Assembly: GCA_001804415.1 (NCBI GenBank)
Contig: MHGA01000017.1
Coordinates: 18,390 to 82,389, forward strand
DNA length: 64,000 bases
Reading direction: 5' to 3'
Source: Candidatus Aquivivens invisus
GTDB lineage: Bacteria; Omnitrophota; Gorgyraeia; Aquiviventales; Aquiviventaceae
The first letter of the stretch is position 1; each line of letters opens with the position of its first letter. Below, piece after piece: positions 27,124 through 37,852 of the stretch. Both the position numbers and the translations under genes were made by a program. Below the pieces are notes generated by a model. That model saw only the letters and a list, made by a program, of their open reading frames with translations. It was not told the origin of the DNA and made no database searches.

Positions 27124-27942
27124 ATGTCGACGTCATTCCCTCATCGCTGTCTTGAGGTGGCCGTCGAGGCGGCGCGTCGAGCGGGCCGCGTGCAGGCGCG
27201 TGCCATCGGACGCCCCGCGAGTGTGGCCACCAAACGCAGCCCGATCGACCTGGTCACCGATGTGGATCGCACCTCTGAGCGGCTCATCCGCGCGCACATC
27301 ACCCGCCATTTTCCGGCTCACGGGATCTACGGGGAGGAATACGGGCGTCTGAAGCCGCGCGCGGCCTATCAATGGTTCATCGACCCGTTGGACGGGACGA
27401 TGAATTTCGTGCACGGCGTGCCCTGGTTCGCCGTCTCCATCGGCCTCATCCGTCAGGGCCGGCCCATCCTCGGGGTCATCTATGATCCGATCCGAAAGGA
27501 GCTGTTTACGGCCGTGCACGGAGGGGGCGCGCAGCTCAATGGAAGGCGCATCCGCGTCTCACGCGTCCGACATCTGAAAGACGGCTTGCTCTCCACCGGC
27601 TTCTCCTCGCAATTCCACAACGATCCCGCGCGGTATCTGCGATGGTTCGAGCAGCTGCAGCAGCGGAGTCACGGGGTGCGCCGCGTCGGTTCAACGGCCA
27701 TCAGCCTCGCGTATGTGGCGTGCGGGCGATTCGACGGGTTCTACGAGCATGACCTGTGGCCGTGGGATGTCGCCGCAGGGATGGTGCTGGTGCGCGAAGC
27801 GGGAGGGCGCGTGACCGATTTCGGGGGACGCGCATTGCCCAACGCCAGGCGCGGTCTCCTGCTGGCTTCCAATGGAGACATTCACCCCGAGCTGGTCCGC
27901 GTCCTTAGCTATCGCTCAAAGAGCGCGAGAACCTCCACATGA
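27124..27942 (+). CDS. suhB: Inositol monophosphatase
   Basis: DLVTDVD, GEE, WFIDPLDGTMNF, WDVAAG. Confidence 0.93.
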   Translation: MSTSFPHRCLEVAVEAARRAGRVQARAIGRPASVATKRSPIDLVTDVDRTSERLIRAHITRHFPAHGIYGEEYGRLKPRAAYQWFIDPLDGTMNFVHGVPWFAVSIGLIRQGRPILGVIYDPIRKELFTAVHGGGAQLNGRRIRVSRVRHLKDGLLSTGFSSQFHNDPARYLRWFEQLQQRSHGVRRVGSTAISLAYVACGRFDGFYEHDLWPWDVAAGMVLVREAGGRVTDFGGRALPNARRGLLLASNGDIHPELVRVLSYRSKSARTST

Positions 27943-29126
27943 GGGGTGTGAGGAAACAGATCGAAGGCCACGAGATCGCGCAGACGGTAGCGTGGGAAGC
28001 TGTTCATGAGCAGGCGCGAATCCCGCACCAAGGTCTGCGCGTTGCAGGACAGGCAGATGAGCTGCTTGGGCCGGGCGGCCAGCACGGTCGAGATCACGCG
28101 CGGGTGTAATCCTGACCGGGGCGGATCGACGACCACGACGTCCGGCTGGGCCTCCCCGAGCCAGAAGCGTTTGTTCAGGAACACGTCCTCCGCTCGGCCG
28201 AGTTGAAACTGCACGTTGGTGATTCCGTTGGCTTGTGCGTTCACCCGCGCCAGCTCCAGATTGCGTGCCTCGGAGTCGATGGCGTAGATCGTCCGGAATC
28301 CTGACGACAGGTAGAACGCGATCAAGCCGATCCCGCAGTACACGTCCCACGCCACCCCCTGCCCGGAGGCGCTGACCCACCGGCGCACCTGCTCATACAT
28401 CCGCTCGGCCTGGGCGCTGTTCGGTTGGAGAAAGTTGAGCGGATGCAGACGGATCGTCAACGCCCCCACCTGATCTTCGAGATACGTCTCCCCGCGAATC
28501 AAGAAGAGCTCCTCAGGCATCGCGACATCCGCCACGTTCGTCGCGATCCCCCAATAGACACTGCTGATCGCGGGGTGTTTGCGCAACAGCTCATCCGCGA
28601 AGGACTCGATGAGCGACCGCTCACCCCGCGTCGTCATCAGACAGATCAGCAGCTTGTCCCTCGAGCGGCTATGCCGGATGACGAGGTAGCGGAAAAATCC
28701 CTGGTGTGTTCGAGGATTGTAGGCCGGCTGTCCGGTGCGCTGCGCCAGCTCTCGAATGTCGGCGATCAGCCGGCTGACCGCCTCCGGCAGCAAGAGGCAG
28801 TCGTCGAGATCCACGATGCGCCAGAACGAACGGGCGGCGTGGTAGCCCAGCACCAGGGAATCCGCCGCTGGCCCCAGCGCGCTGAAGGTCAGTTCAGCCT
28901 TGTTGCGATACCTCCACGGATCCTCCACGGGTACTAGCTCGAGGGTGAGGCTCGGATCAAGCGTCCCTAACGTCCGCAACAGGCGCTGGCGTTTGAGGGT
29001 CAGCTGGTCGGCGTACTCCAGATCCTGGAGGGTGCAGCCCCCGCAGCTCCCGACGTAGGGGCACGGAGGTTCCACCGTGCGAAACGCGGCTTTGTCGTGC
29101 AGGAGAACCTTGTCAGCCGTCTTCAT
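27909..29126 (-). CDS. rlmD: 23S rRNA m5U methyltransferase (RlmD/RumA type, no TRAM domain)
   Basis: CPYVGSCGGC, YRNK, FLQPN, DVYCGIG, VDPPRSG, SCN, DLFPHTPHVE. Confidence 0.9.
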   Translation of the reverse strand: MKTADKVLLHDKAAFRTVEPPCPYVGSCGGCTLQDLEYADQLTLKRQRLLRTLGTLDPSLTLELVPVEDPWRYRNKAELTFSALGPAADSLVLGYHAARSFWRIVDLDDCLLLPEAVSRLIADIRELAQRTGQPAYNPRTHQGFFRYLVIRHSRSRDKLLICLMTTRGERSLIESFADELLRKHPAISSVYWGIATNVADVAMPEELFLIRGETYLEDQVGALTIRLHPLNFLQPNSAQAERMYEQVRRWVSASGQGVAWDVYCGIGLIAFYLSSGFRTIYAIDSEARNLELARVNAQANGITNVQFQLGRAEDVFLNKRFWLGEAQPDVVVVDPPRSGLHPRVISTVLAARPKQLICLSCNAQTLVRDSRLLMNSFPRYRLRDLVAFDLFPHTPHVEVLALFER

Positions 29127-29812
29127 AGGTCAGCCACGCGACGACGGATCCCCCACAGCCTGGTCAACAGGAGGCCGCTGACAAATCCTCCGACGTGGGC
29201 CCACCAGGCAATCCCGCCGCCGACGTCCGCGACCCGCCCGACGGTGGTCATCCCTTGCACCCACTGCAGCAGAAACCATATCCCCAGGAACACAAACGCC
29301 GGCAACTGCACGAATTGCCAGGCGAAGATCAGCGGCACCAGGGTCGTGATCCGCGCAAACGGAAACAGGAGGAAATAGGCTCCCAGGATGCCGGCGATCG
29401 CTCCGCTGGCCCCGATCATCGGCACCGAGGAGGCCGGCTGAATCACCAGTTGCGTGAGGGACGCCACCACCCCGCTGCCGAGGTACAGCAGGAGAAACCG
29501 GCCGTGCCCGAGACGATCCTCGACGTTGTCGCCGAAGATCCACAGGTAGAGCATGTTGGAGGCCAGATGCAGGAGGCCGCCGTGGAGAAACTGCGACGTG
29601 AACAAGGTCACCACCAGCCGCGGCCACTCCGGCACATCCCAGGGGACCGTCGCGGTCCAGGCGGAAGGCGTCACCCCGAAGCGATAGATCCAGCCCGGGA
29701 TGTCCGGCCCCTGCAGCAGCTCCCAGAGGAAGATGACGCTGTTGACGAGGACCAGCGCGCGGACCAGATAGGCGGTGTGGCGGGCGGAAATCGTGTCACG
29801 AATGGGAATCAT
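29123..29812 (-). CDS. Rhomboid intramembrane serine protease
   Basis: FLHGG..H...NMLYLWIFGDNVEDRLG, GASGAI, AWWAHVGGF. Confidence 0.93.
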   Translation of the reverse strand: MIPIRDTISARHTAYLVRALVLVNSVIFLWELLQGPDIPGWIYRFGVTPSAWTATVPWDVPEWPRLVVTLFTSQFLHGGLLHLASNMLYLWIFGDNVEDRLGHGRFLLLYLGSGVVASLTQLVIQPASSVPMIGASGAIAGILGAYFLLFPFARITTLVPLIFAWQFVQLPAFVFLGIWFLLQWVQGMTTVGRVADVGGGIAWWAHVGGFVSGLLLTRLWGIRRRVADL

Positions 29813-30626
29813 GCGGAGGAACAACCCCGACCAGCGCGAGGCCGACGCGGTCGGCCTGCTCGATGAGCACGGCCTTGTCCAGCAACACCGTCGAGCGGGC
29901 TTCGACCGCCGCGCACCGCACCCCGGCGGCTGCGGCCACCGCGATGGTCTGGGGCCCAAGCACCGGCAGATCGAATCGGCGATCCTGTTTGGGTGAGGCC
30001 ATCTTGACCACCACACAGCCTCTCCCCGCCACCTGGCCGGCCCGCTGGATGACCGCGTCCGTGCCTTCCATGGCCTCAAGGGCCACCACGACCTTGCGTT
30101 TCACGACCACCGTCTGGCCGATGTCCAGGGAGGCGATCTGTCGAGCCACCTCCACGCCGACGCGGATGTCCTCCTGCTCCTCGTCGCTTGGGCGCGAGCG
30201 CGTCAGCGCGCCCTCCGGACAGAGGGCCTCGCCCAGGAACGTGGAGGAATCCAGCAACGTGATCCCCTCGCGCGCCAGCCGCTGCGCGATCGCTCCGAGC
30301 AGGCTGTTCACGGAAAAATCTTTGAGCCGGCCCAGCAGCCCCAGCGTCTCGCCGTCCAATTGCACGCGCGAGTCAAACAACACCCCTTTCGTCACCTTGC
30401 CCGCCATGATGGCCTGGCGGATGTGATGGGTTTTGAGCCGTTCGATCAAGGCGGTCAGCTGGCCCACGGAGAGCTCTTCGTAACTATCGGCGTGCTGGGC
30501 GAGGGCTGGGTCGGCCCACCCTTTGAGCCCGATGACCGCCACGCGCAGGCCCTGCCGCCTGGCTTCTTGAGCCACCTGGATGGGAAACGATCCGGCTCCG
30601 GCGATGATCGCGCAGGAATCACTCAT
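29796..30626 (-). CDS. lpxI: UDP-2,3-diacylglucosamine diphosphatase LpxI
   Basis: IIAGAGSFP, DIGQTVVV, EAMEGTD, QDRRFDLPVLG; follows lpxA. Confidence 0.92.
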   Translation of the reverse strand: MSDSCAIIAGAGSFPIQVAQEARRQGLRVAVIGLKGWADPALAQHADSYEELSVGQLTALIERLKTHHIRQAIMAGKVTKGVLFDSRVQLDGETLGLLGRLKDFSVNSLLGAIAQRLAREGITLLDSSTFLGEALCPEGALTRSRPSDEEQEDIRVGVEVARQIASLDIGQTVVVKRKVVVALEAMEGTDAVIQRAGQVAGRGCVVVKMASPKQDRRFDLPVLGPQTIAVAAAAGVRCAAVEARSTVLLDKAVLIEQADRVGLALVGVVPPHDSHS

Positions 30627-30641
30627 CAACAAAGGGGCGGA

Positions 30642-31457
30642 TCAGGCGCGGCAGACGCCGCGCTTGGACTGACGAATGAACTCCAGCAGATGCTCCACCT
30701 CGGGGCACGATGGCATGTTCTGCGCGACATGCTGGAGGGCATTGGACATGGAGAGCTTCGAATGGAAGAGGATCTTGAAGGCCCGGTGGAGGCGTTCCTT
30801 AATCTCCTCGGGCATCCCCACCCGTTTCAGGCCTTCGCTGTTGAGCCCGAAGACCTTCGCGGGATACCCCACACAGGTGGCGTAGGGGGGCACGTCCTGC
30901 GCGACCCGCGAGCAGCCGCCCACCATCGCCAGCGTGCCGATTCGAACAAACTGGTGAACCCCGACCAATCCCCCGACGATCGCCCGATCCTCGACAAGGA
31001 TGTGCCCGGCCAACGCGACGCTGTTCGCAATGACGACGTGATCGCCCACTTGGCAATCATGGGCCACATGGGCGTAGGCCATCAACAGGCAGTCCGAGCC
31101 GATGACCGTTTTGCCCCCCCCGCCTTTGGTGCCGGGGTTCATCGTCACATACTCCCGGATGCGATTGCGGTCCCCGATGATCAATTCGCTCTTCTCCCCC
31201 TCGTACTTGAGATCCTGGGGAATGCTGCCGATCACCGCGCCGGTAAAGATCTGGCAGTCAGCGCCGATGGTGGTGCACCCTTCGAGGACGCAGTGGGCGC
31301 CGACGGCGGTCTGCGGGCCCACGCGGACCTGCGGGCCGATCACCGCATACGGCCCCACCACGACCCCGGATGAGAGCTCGGCCTGGGGATCCACAATGGC
31401 CGTTGGATGGATGGTTGGAGCCGCCGGAGATTCGGTCGCCACGGGAGGACTACTCAT
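30642..31457 (-). CDS. lpxA: UDP-N-acetylglucosamine acyltransferase
   Basis: IHPTAIV, hexapeptide repeats, PQDLKY, AHVAHDC, VHQFVRIG. Confidence 0.96.
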   Translation of the reverse strand: MSSPPVATESPAAPTIHPTAIVDPQAELSSGVVVGPYAVIGPQVRVGPQTAVGAHCVLEGCTTIGADCQIFTGAVIGSIPQDLKYEGEKSELIIGDRNRIREYVTMNPGTKGGGGKTVIGSDCLLMAYAHVAHDCQVGDHVVIANSVALAGHILVEDRAIVGGLVGVHQFVRIGTLAMVGGCSRVAQDVPPYATCVGYPAKVFGLNSEGLKRVGMPEEIKERLHRAFKILFHSKLSMSNALQHVAQNMPSCPEVEHLLEFIRQSKRGVCRA

Positions 31458-32766
31458 CTTGAATGGCAAACATCAACTCGCCTTCGCACACCAGCTTGTT
31501 GTCCACCAACGCCTTCGCGCTCACCTGGCCGATCCGAGCGCGCAGCTTCCCAAGCTCCACTTCCAGGACGAGCTGATCGCCGGGGACCACCGGCTTGCGA
31601 AACTTCACCTTGTCCACCGACATGAAGTACACCAACCGCCGCATGCTGTCCGTCTTGTTCAGGATGAGGATCCCGCCGACCTGCGCCATCGCTTCAATGA
31701 TGAGGACCCCCGGCATGATCGGACGGCCCGGGAAGTGGCCGCGGAAGAAATAGTCGTTGATCGTCACGCATTTGATCCCGACGGCCTTCGTGTCGGTCAG
31801 TGAGAGAATGCGATCAACAAAGAGGAACGGGTAGCGATGGGGAAGGATCTTCTCGATCTGCGTGATGTCCAGCTGCGGACCGACGAGACCCTCGCGGCTT
31901 TTGGACTGGAGTGCGCCCAGCCGCCACTGCTCGCGGGCTTGGGTGAGCTTACGGATCAGTTTGAGATTGACGCGGTGGCCGCTTTTGACGGCCACCACTT
32001 TCCCCTGCAAGGGCGCGCCCAGCAGATACAGATCACCGATCAAATCCAAGACTTTATGCCTGGCGCACTCATCGTCAAACCGCAGCGTGTTCTGGATCAC
32101 CCCCTTGCGGCCGATGACCAGCGTATTCTCAACGGTGGACCCCTTCCCGAATCCTTGAGCCCGCAACGTCTCGGCCTCCTCCTCCAGGCAGAACGTCCTC
32201 GCCGGGGCGATCGTCCTGGCAAACGACTCCCCGTTGAGCGGGAAGGCCGCGAATTGCGCCTTGAGAACCGGGTGGGCGTAACTGAGCGTGTAGGCGATGG
32301 AGAACTCAGGAGCCGGGAAGACGGCCACGCACGACTCACCCGCTTCCACGATGACCGGCTCGCGCACCTCAAAACGCTTCCGCGGCGCGGGGCAGGCGGT
32401 CAAGCCCGCGTCCTGCACCTGGGCGAGAAACGGCTGCGCGGATCCATCGAGCCCTGGGACTTCGGGCCCCGACAGCTCGACGTAGGCGTTGTCAATGCCC
32501 GCTCCCCACAGCGCCGCCATGAAGTGCTCGACCGTTTGCACCTCCACGCCGTCTTTGGCGAGAATCGTCCGCCGGCCCACGCTGGTGTCGACGGCGTAAG
32601 GCACGAGCGCCGGAATGGCGGGCCGATGCGGCAGATCGGTCCGGATAAAGACGATGCCCGCATCCGCCGGAGCCGGCAGGACCCGCATGGTGACGGGCTG
32701 ACCGGTATGGAGCCCCGTCCCGCGGATGGTGACGTCTTTGGCCAGGGTCTGTTGGCAGTCGCTCAT
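31450..32766 (-). CDS. lpxC-fabZ: Bifunctional LpxC deacetylase / FabZ dehydratase
   Basis: [26 protein letters not shown], then [27 protein letters not shown]. Confidence 0.95.
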   Translation of the reverse strand: MSDCQQTLAKDVTIRGTGLHTGQPVTMRVLPAPADAGIVFIRTDLPHRPAIPALVPYAVDTSVGRRTILAKDGVEVQTVEHFMAALWGAGIDNAYVELSGPEVPGLDGSAQPFLAQVQDAGLTACPAPRKRFEVREPVIVEAGESCVAVFPAPEFSIAYTLSYAHPVLKAQFAAFPLNGESFARTIAPARTFCLEEEAETLRAQGFGKGSTVENTLVIGRKGVIQNTLRFDDECARHKVLDLIGDLYLLGAPLQGKVVAVKSGHRVNLKLIRKLTQAREQWRLGALQSKSREGLVGPQLDITQIEKILPHRYPFLFVDRILSLTDTKAVGIKCVTINDYFFRGHFPGRPIMPGVLIIEAMAQVGGILILNKTDSMRRLVYFMSVDKVKFRKPVVPGDQLVLEVELGKLRARIGQVSAKALVDNKLVCEGELMFAIQDE

Positions 32767-33362
32767 CACCGTGGCGCCGCTGAGGACTGCTTCGCGGCAT
32801 ACCGCTCGTTCAGGAGCTTCAGGACCTCATCGGTGACATCATACGCCTCTTGCCCGTAGACGAGGGAACGCTGATCCAGCATCACCGCGAACCCGTTGGC
32901 TTTCGCATAGTCGGTGATGACTACCTCAATTTCCTCGAGCAACGCTTTGCCGACCAGGTTGCGCTCTCGCACGAGGTCGCGTTGACTGCGGGCTTTCAGC
33001 CGCTGGAATTCATCAGCCTTCTCTTCGACTTCTCTCGCCTTGGCCTCTCGCGCTTGCGCGCTTAACAACTCGAGGCTTTCGCGCATCTTCTTCAACTCCG
33101 TGGCGCGGGTCTCGAGCTCCGCTTGCTTCTTCTGCACTTTCTGTTCCAAGGCCTGCTCGGATGCCTTCGTGCGCTGATACCCCTCCAGCACCGCCCCCAC
33201 ATTGACATAGCCGATCTTCAGCTCCGCCGCCCACGCGGAGCGACAAGGGACAAGCGACAAGGGACAAGCCCAGAGCGAACCAACGAGTATCCCGATGGTC
33301 AAGCCCCTGAGCGATCTTGTCTCCACGCGCCGAACTGATCGAACTGTGTGTTGACGTTTCAT
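32766..33362 (-). CDS. skp: OmpH/Skp periplasmic chaperone
   Basis: KIGYVN, coiled coil, YAKANGF..MLD, YDVTDEVL; located between bamA and lpxC. Confidence 0.88.
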   Translation of the reverse strand: MKRQHTVRSVRRVETRSLRGLTIGILVGSLWACPLSLVPCRSAWAAELKIGYVNVGAVLEGYQRTKASEQALEQKVQKKQAELETRATELKKMRESLELLSAQAREAKAREVEEKADEFQRLKARSQRDLVRERNLVGKALLEEIEVVITDYAKANGFAVMLDQRSLVYGQEAYDVTDEVLKLLNERYAAKQSSAAPR

Positions 33363-33413
33363 CGCCTTGTCTCCTTTTGGATCGCTTGTCGCCTGTCGCT
33401 TGTCGCCTGTCGC
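33240..33413. repeat. Heptamer inverted arms bracketing the skp start
   Basis: (GSGACAA)4 at 33240-33268 encodes CPLSLVPCR in the signal peptide; (CYTGTCG)4 at 33382-33413. Confidence 0.85.
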
Positions 33414-33418
33414 AGCTC

Positions 33419-35716
33419 TTAAAAACTGCGGCTGATGTTGAAGTGCAGGCGCGGCTTGCGCTTCTCGTCTTCGAGCCGGCTGATCGGAAAACCCACATCC
33501 AGTCGAACCGGACCGATCGGGGTCGTGACCCGAACGCCCATGCCGGCGCCGGCCTTCAACGACTCACCGTACTCGTCGACCTTCTGCCACACATCCCCCA
33601 CGTCGAAGAAGGCGGTCCCTTTGAGAATCGGCTTGCCCCGTTCGTCGCTCATGAGGGTCGCCACTTCCTCGACACCGCCCATGAACGTCGCCTCCCCGCC
33701 GATTGGGTCGTTCGACCGAGGATCGCGAGGCCCGATGCGCCGCTCGCGGAACCCGCGGACCGTGTTCGCCCCGCCGCCGAAGAACCGCTCAAAGATCGGC
33801 ACGGTGCTGCTGCCTGAATACGCCTGCACGAGGCCGGTGTGCAGGCGGCTTTCCAGCACAAACCGCCTCCCGTGAGGCCAATAGGCGCTCGCTCCACCTT
33901 GAAGCCGGTAGAAATCGCGATCCCCGGCCAGCACCCCCCCGGCCAGATCCGCGGAGCCAAACACCAACCACCCTGCGGTTGGATCGAACCGGTTGTCTCG
34001 GGAATCCCAGCTGATGCCCAGACCGCTGAGGCTGACGTCGCTGCGGCCGACCTCGGCCTTCAAATCGGCGGAGGCTTCTTCCACGATATCCGAAATGTCC
34101 GTCCGGAAGAGCTGGTAGTTCCAGGTCACGCGCAGCGCATCGGTGAGATCCTTCCCCAGGCGCAGCGCGCCCCCCACGCTCTGCTCCTCAAAGGCCAAGC
34201 CGAGGTCTTGGCTGCGCAGCCTCGTCCGGCTGAACGCATCAAACCCGAATGAGATGGGGCGAGCAAAGATCCAGGGTTCGGTAAACGACAGGTCGAAATT
34301 CCGGCGAACGGATCCCGCTTCCACGCGGAACCGCAGGTCCTGCCCTGCCCCGGTGAAGGTGGGCCAGTTCCTCCAGTCGAAGTTGCGCTGCTCGATCTCC
34401 ACCAGGCCCACCAGCCGATCCACCGAGGAGAACCCGCCGCCGAAACTGAAGCTGCCGGTCTTGGCTTCTTTGACCTTGACGAGGAGGTCTTCCCGATTCG
34501 CCGCGTCGGTCGGGGCGGTCTCCACGTTGACCTCCTCGAAATAGCCGAGGTTGTAGAGCCGCTCGATCGAGCGCCGGATCAGCTTCCCGTCAAAGGGCTG
34601 CCCGGGATGGATCCGCAGTTCCCGACGGATCACGACGTCCCGGGTCCGGAGATTCCCCTGGACCTCCACGCGATGCACGTAGACCAGCTCGTTCTCGGTA
34701 ATGCGGAAGGTGACATCCACCCGCTTAGTGTCCGGGTCGAGCTGGATGTCAGGCGCGACGTCGGCGTTGATGTGCCCGCGGTCTCCGTAGTACTGCTTGA
34801 TCGCACGCAGGGTTTCCTGGAGGGCTTCCTGCTGGTAGACCGAGCCCGGCTTGATCGTCAGCACCTGGCGGATCTCCCGCTCAGGGAACACGACCGTGCC
34901 GGCGAGGCTGATCGTGCCGATGCGATGCTGCAACCCTTCGGCAATCGTGACGATCAGGTAGAGCCCCTCGCCCTCAGGCGCCGCCGCCACCTCCGAGCTC
35001 GCCTGGACGTCCTGATAGCCGGCCCGGCGGTAAAAGGCGCGTATCCGTTCAAGATCCTCTTCGAGCACCTGCTCGGCATAGACCCCCCGGATGAACCATT
35101 GGCGGCGCTTGGTCTTCATGACCTTGCGAATGCGCGCGTCGGAGAAGGCGAGGTTGCCTTCCACCAGGGTGTCTTTGATGAGCATCCGTGGGCCTTCATC
35201 GATGACGACGTACACGGTCACCGTATTCGCCGACGCATCCACCTGGGTCGATGAGGCCGCTTCAACCCTCGCGAATCCTCGCCGCCGATACTCCGCTTTC
35301 ACCCGGTCGAGGCCTTCCTTGAGCAGGCGCGCGTCATACAGCGCTCCCGCCTTCAGGCCCAGCAGCTGCAGGATCTTGTCCTTGCCCAGGCGGCGAAACC
35401 CCTCCGCGGCCACTTCCCCAAGCGCGGGTTTCTCGGTGACGCGGAAGATCACGCGCAGCCCTTCAGCCACCGACTGGGTCTCGACGCGCACATCCGTGAA
35501 ATACCCCAGCGCGAACAGGCGCCGGATATCCTCGGTGACGATGTGCTCAAGGTAGGGTGATCCGGGACGCGTCTGCAGGCGCGCCACGCAGGTCTCCGTC
35601 GCGATGGTGCGCGTGCCTTCGACCTCAACCGACACGACTCGTGGGCTCGGTACCTCCTCGGCCTGCGCGGGCACGCACCCCATCCCCATGGCCCACAGGC
35701 CGAGCCCAAGCCCCAT
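33419..35716 (-). CDS. bamA: Outer membrane protein assembly factor BamA
   Basis: Five POTRA-like domains, GNLRTRDVVIRREL, FFGGG..VRGF, TPIGPVRLD, terminal F. Confidence 0.96.
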   Translation of the reverse strand: MGLGLGLWAMGMGCVPAQAEEVPSPRVVSVEVEGTRTIATETCVARLQTRPGSPYLEHIVTEDIRRLFALGYFTDVRVETQSVAEGLRVIFRVTEKPALGEVAAEGFRRLGKDKILQLLGLKAGALYDARLLKEGLDRVKAEYRRRGFARVEAASSTQVDASANTVTVYVVIDEGPRMLIKDTLVEGNLAFSDARIRKVMKTKRRQWFIRGVYAEQVLEEDLERIRAFYRRAGYQDVQASSEVAAAPEGEGLYLIVTIAEGLQHRIGTISLAGTVVFPEREIRQVLTIKPGSVYQQEALQETLRAIKQYYGDRGHINADVAPDIQLDPDTKRVDVTFRITENELVYVHRVEVQGNLRTRDVVIRRELRIHPGQPFDGKLIRRSIERLYNLGYFEEVNVETAPTDAANREDLLVKVKEAKTGSFSFGGGFSSVDRLVGLVEIEQRNFDWRNWPTFTGAGQDLRFRVEAGSVRRNFDLSFTEPWIFARPISFGFDAFSRTRLRSQDLGLAFEEQSVGGALRLGKDLTDALRVTWNYQLFRTDISDIVEEASADLKAEVGRSDVSLSGLGISWDSRDNRFDPTAGWLVFGSADLAGGVLAGDRDFYRLQGGASAYWPHGRRFVLESRLHTGLVQAYSGSSTVPIFERFFGGGANTVRGFRERRIGPRDPRSNDPIGGEATFMGGVEEVATLMSDERGKPILKGTAFFDVGDVWQKVDEYGESLKAGAGMGVRVTTPIGPVRLDVGFPISRLEDEKRKPRLHFNISRSF

Positions 35717-35727
35717 GGCGAGGCGAG

Positions 35728-37071
35728 CTACGTCTGCGCGAGATTTTCGAATCGCGTGTACTCCTTGATGAACGCCAGCTTCACCGAGCCGGTGGGGCCG
35801 TTGCGCTGTTTGGCGATGATGACTTCGGCGATCCCCTGGTTGTCATCGGTCGGGTTGTAGTAGTCCTCGCGGAAAAGCATCAGGACGACGTCGGAATCCT
35901 GCTCGATCGCCCCGCTTTCGCGCAAGTCGGACAGCCGGGGCCGGAACGTTTCGCGCCGCTCGGGCGCCCGGGAGAGCTGGCTCACCGCCACGACGGGGAC
36001 GTGCAGTTCCCGGGCCAGCGCTTTGAGATTGCGAGAAATCACCGCGATCTCCTGTTGCCGGTTCTCGGATTGCGTGGGTTCCTCCATCAGCTGCAGGTAG
36101 TCAAGGATCAGCAGGCCGATGCCGTGGCGGCTGCGCAGCCGCCGCGCCTTGGCCCGAAGCTCCAGGATAGAGAGGCCGGGGGTATCATCAATGAACAGGG
36201 GGGCCTCGGAGAGCTTGCCGGCGGCTTGGGTCAGCTTCGGCCAGTCGCTGGTCGAGAGCATGCCGGTGCGCACGTTGTGCGCGTTGATCCGCGCATGGGA
36301 ACACAGCATCCGCTGGACCAAATGCTCCTTGGACATTTCCAAGCTGAAGAGTGCGACGGGAATTTTCTGGACGACCGTCGCATATTCGGCCACCCCCAGC
36401 GCCAGGCTGCTCTTGCCCATCGCGGGCCGCCCGGCCACGACGATGAAATCGGACGGTTGCAGGCCCGCCAGCATCTGATCCAGCTCGGTGAAGCCTGTGG
36501 CCAGGCCGGTGATGAACCCCTTGCGCTGGTAGAGCGCATCGATGGTCTCGATGGAGCTTTTGATCAGCTCCTTCAGCGACACGACATCGCCCTTCACTTT
36601 CTGCGAGGCGATCTCGAAGATGCGCTGCTCGGCCTGATCGAGCAGGATGTCCGGAGCGGTCGCGTCTTCGTAACAGTCGCTGGTGATCTGGGTGGCGGCT
36701 TTGATGAGGCTTCGCAGGATCGCTCGCTCTTTGACGATCCGGCAATAGTGCTCGACGTTGGCGGCGGTGGGGACCAGGCTCGTCAAGGTCGCCAGGTAGC
36801 TGGGGCCGCCCACCTCATCAAGGAGGTTGTGCTTCTTGAGCTCATCGGTCAACGTCACGAGATCCACGGCGACATGCTCTTGGTACAGCGAGAGCATACT
36901 CGAGAAAATCCGGCGGTGGGCTTCCTTGTAGAACGCCCTCGCCTCGAGCAGCTCCGTCGCGCGCACCAGGGCGTCCTCCTCGAGCAGCATGGAGCCCAGG
37001 ACGGCCATTTCTGCTTCGAGGTTTTGCGGCGGGAGCCGCTCAATCGTCGCAGCGACGTCAGTCAGTTCCAT
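35728..37071 (-). CDS. dnaB: Replicative DNA helicase (no intein)
   Basis: PPQNLEAE, AGRPAMGKS, DYLQLM, SQLSR, LSDLRESGAIEQD, AKQRNGP. Confidence 0.98.
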   Translation of the reverse strand: MELTDVAATIERLPPQNLEAEMAVLGSMLLEEDALVRATELLEARAFYKEAHRRIFSSMLSLYQEHVAVDLVTLTDELKKHNLLDEVGGPSYLATLTSLVPTAANVEHYCRIVKERAILRSLIKAATQITSDCYEDATAPDILLDQAEQRIFEIASQKVKGDVVSLKELIKSSIETIDALYQRKGFITGLATGFTELDQMLAGLQPSDFIVVAGRPAMGKSSLALGVAEYATVVQKIPVALFSLEMSKEHLVQRMLCSHARINAHNVRTGMLSTSDWPKLTQAAGKLSEAPLFIDDTPGLSILELRAKARRLRSRHGIGLLILDYLQLMEEPTQSENRQQEIAVISRNLKALARELHVPVVAVSQLSRAPERRETFRPRLSDLRESGAIEQDSDVVLMLFREDYYNPTDDNQGIAEVIIAKQRNGPTGSVKLAFIKEYTRFENLAQT

Positions 37072-37076
37072 GGGGA

Positions 37077-37520
37077 TCAGGCTTTCACCACCCAGAGCTT
37101 GAGGGTGGCGGTCACCTCGGCAGGGAGTTTGATGGGGACCTCGTAAATCCCCAACGCCTTGATCGGCTCGTCCAACACGATCTGATGCTTCTCAACCGGC
37201 AGCCCTTCCTGCTTCAACGTCTCGGCGATCTCGTGCGCGGTCACCGACCCAAAGGCCTTGTCGCTTTCACCGAGATGGAGTTTGAGGGTCAGCGAGCGGC
37301 TTTCCACCTTGCGCTTGAGCTGCTCAACCTGTTCTCGCTGGCGTGCGACTTTGCGCTCGGCGTGGCGCTTGCGCGTTTCCACCTCGCGCAAGGCGTCGGG
37401 GCTGGCGGCCGTCGCCAGGCCTCTCGGGATGAGGTAATTGCGCGCGAACCCCGGCTTGACCCGCACCACCGTCCCCTCAGCGCCTAGCCGTTCAACCGCT
37501 TTCAAGAGAATAATCTCCAT
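37077..37520 (-). CDS. rplI: 50S ribosomal protein L9
   Basis: MEIILL, VKPGFARNYLIP, FGSVT, PIKALG. Confidence 0.96.
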   Translation of the reverse strand: MEIILLKAVERLGAEGTVVRVKPGFARNYLIPRGLATAASPDALREVETRKRHAERKVARQREQVEQLKRKVESRSLTLKLHLGESDKAFGSVTAHEIAETLKQEGLPVEKHQIVLDEPIKALGIYEVPIKLPAEVTATLKLWVVKA

Positions 37521-37530
37521 GCTCACCTAC

Positions 37531-37565
37531 CTTGTCCCTTGTCCCTTGTCGCTTGTCGCTTGTTC
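37531..37565. repeat. Single heptamer arm (CTTGTCS)5 between rpsR and rplI
   Basis: cttgtcc cttgtcc cttgtcg cttgtcg cttgttc. Confidence 0.85.
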
Positions 37566-37839
37566 AGGCGGCGTACGGCAACAACGCCATGTAGCGAGCC
37601 CGCTTGATGGCCACAGCCAAGCTGCGTTGATGCTTGGCGCATGCGCCGCTGATGCGCGAGGGCATAATTTTGCCTCGTTCGGTCACGAAGCGTCCAACCC
37701 GTTCGAGGTCTTTGTAATCGACCTCTCGGAGATCTTCCTGGCACAACCGGCAGCTCTTGGGCGTGCCCCGCCGGAGGAAGGTGGCCGGACGTCGCCCTGC
37801 CTTTCGTTTCGCGTCTTTCTTATCCCGCTTGATCCACAT
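37564..37839 (-). CDS. rpsR: 30S ribosomal protein S18
   Basis: [37 protein letters not shown]. Confidence 0.96.
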   Translation of the reverse strand: MWIKRDKKDAKRKAGRRPATFLRRGTPKSCRLCQEDLREVDYKDLERVGRFVTERGKIMPSRISGACAKHQRSLAVAIKRARYMALLPYAA

Positions 37840-37852
37840 GTGTCAGCTCCTG

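Noticed and set aside
31450-32766. LpxC-FabZ fusion as a novelty
   Set aside because: A well-known fusion in several phyla.
35557-37146. 529-aa plus-strand ORF
   Set aside because: Antisense shadow of dnaB, typical of high-GC codon bias.
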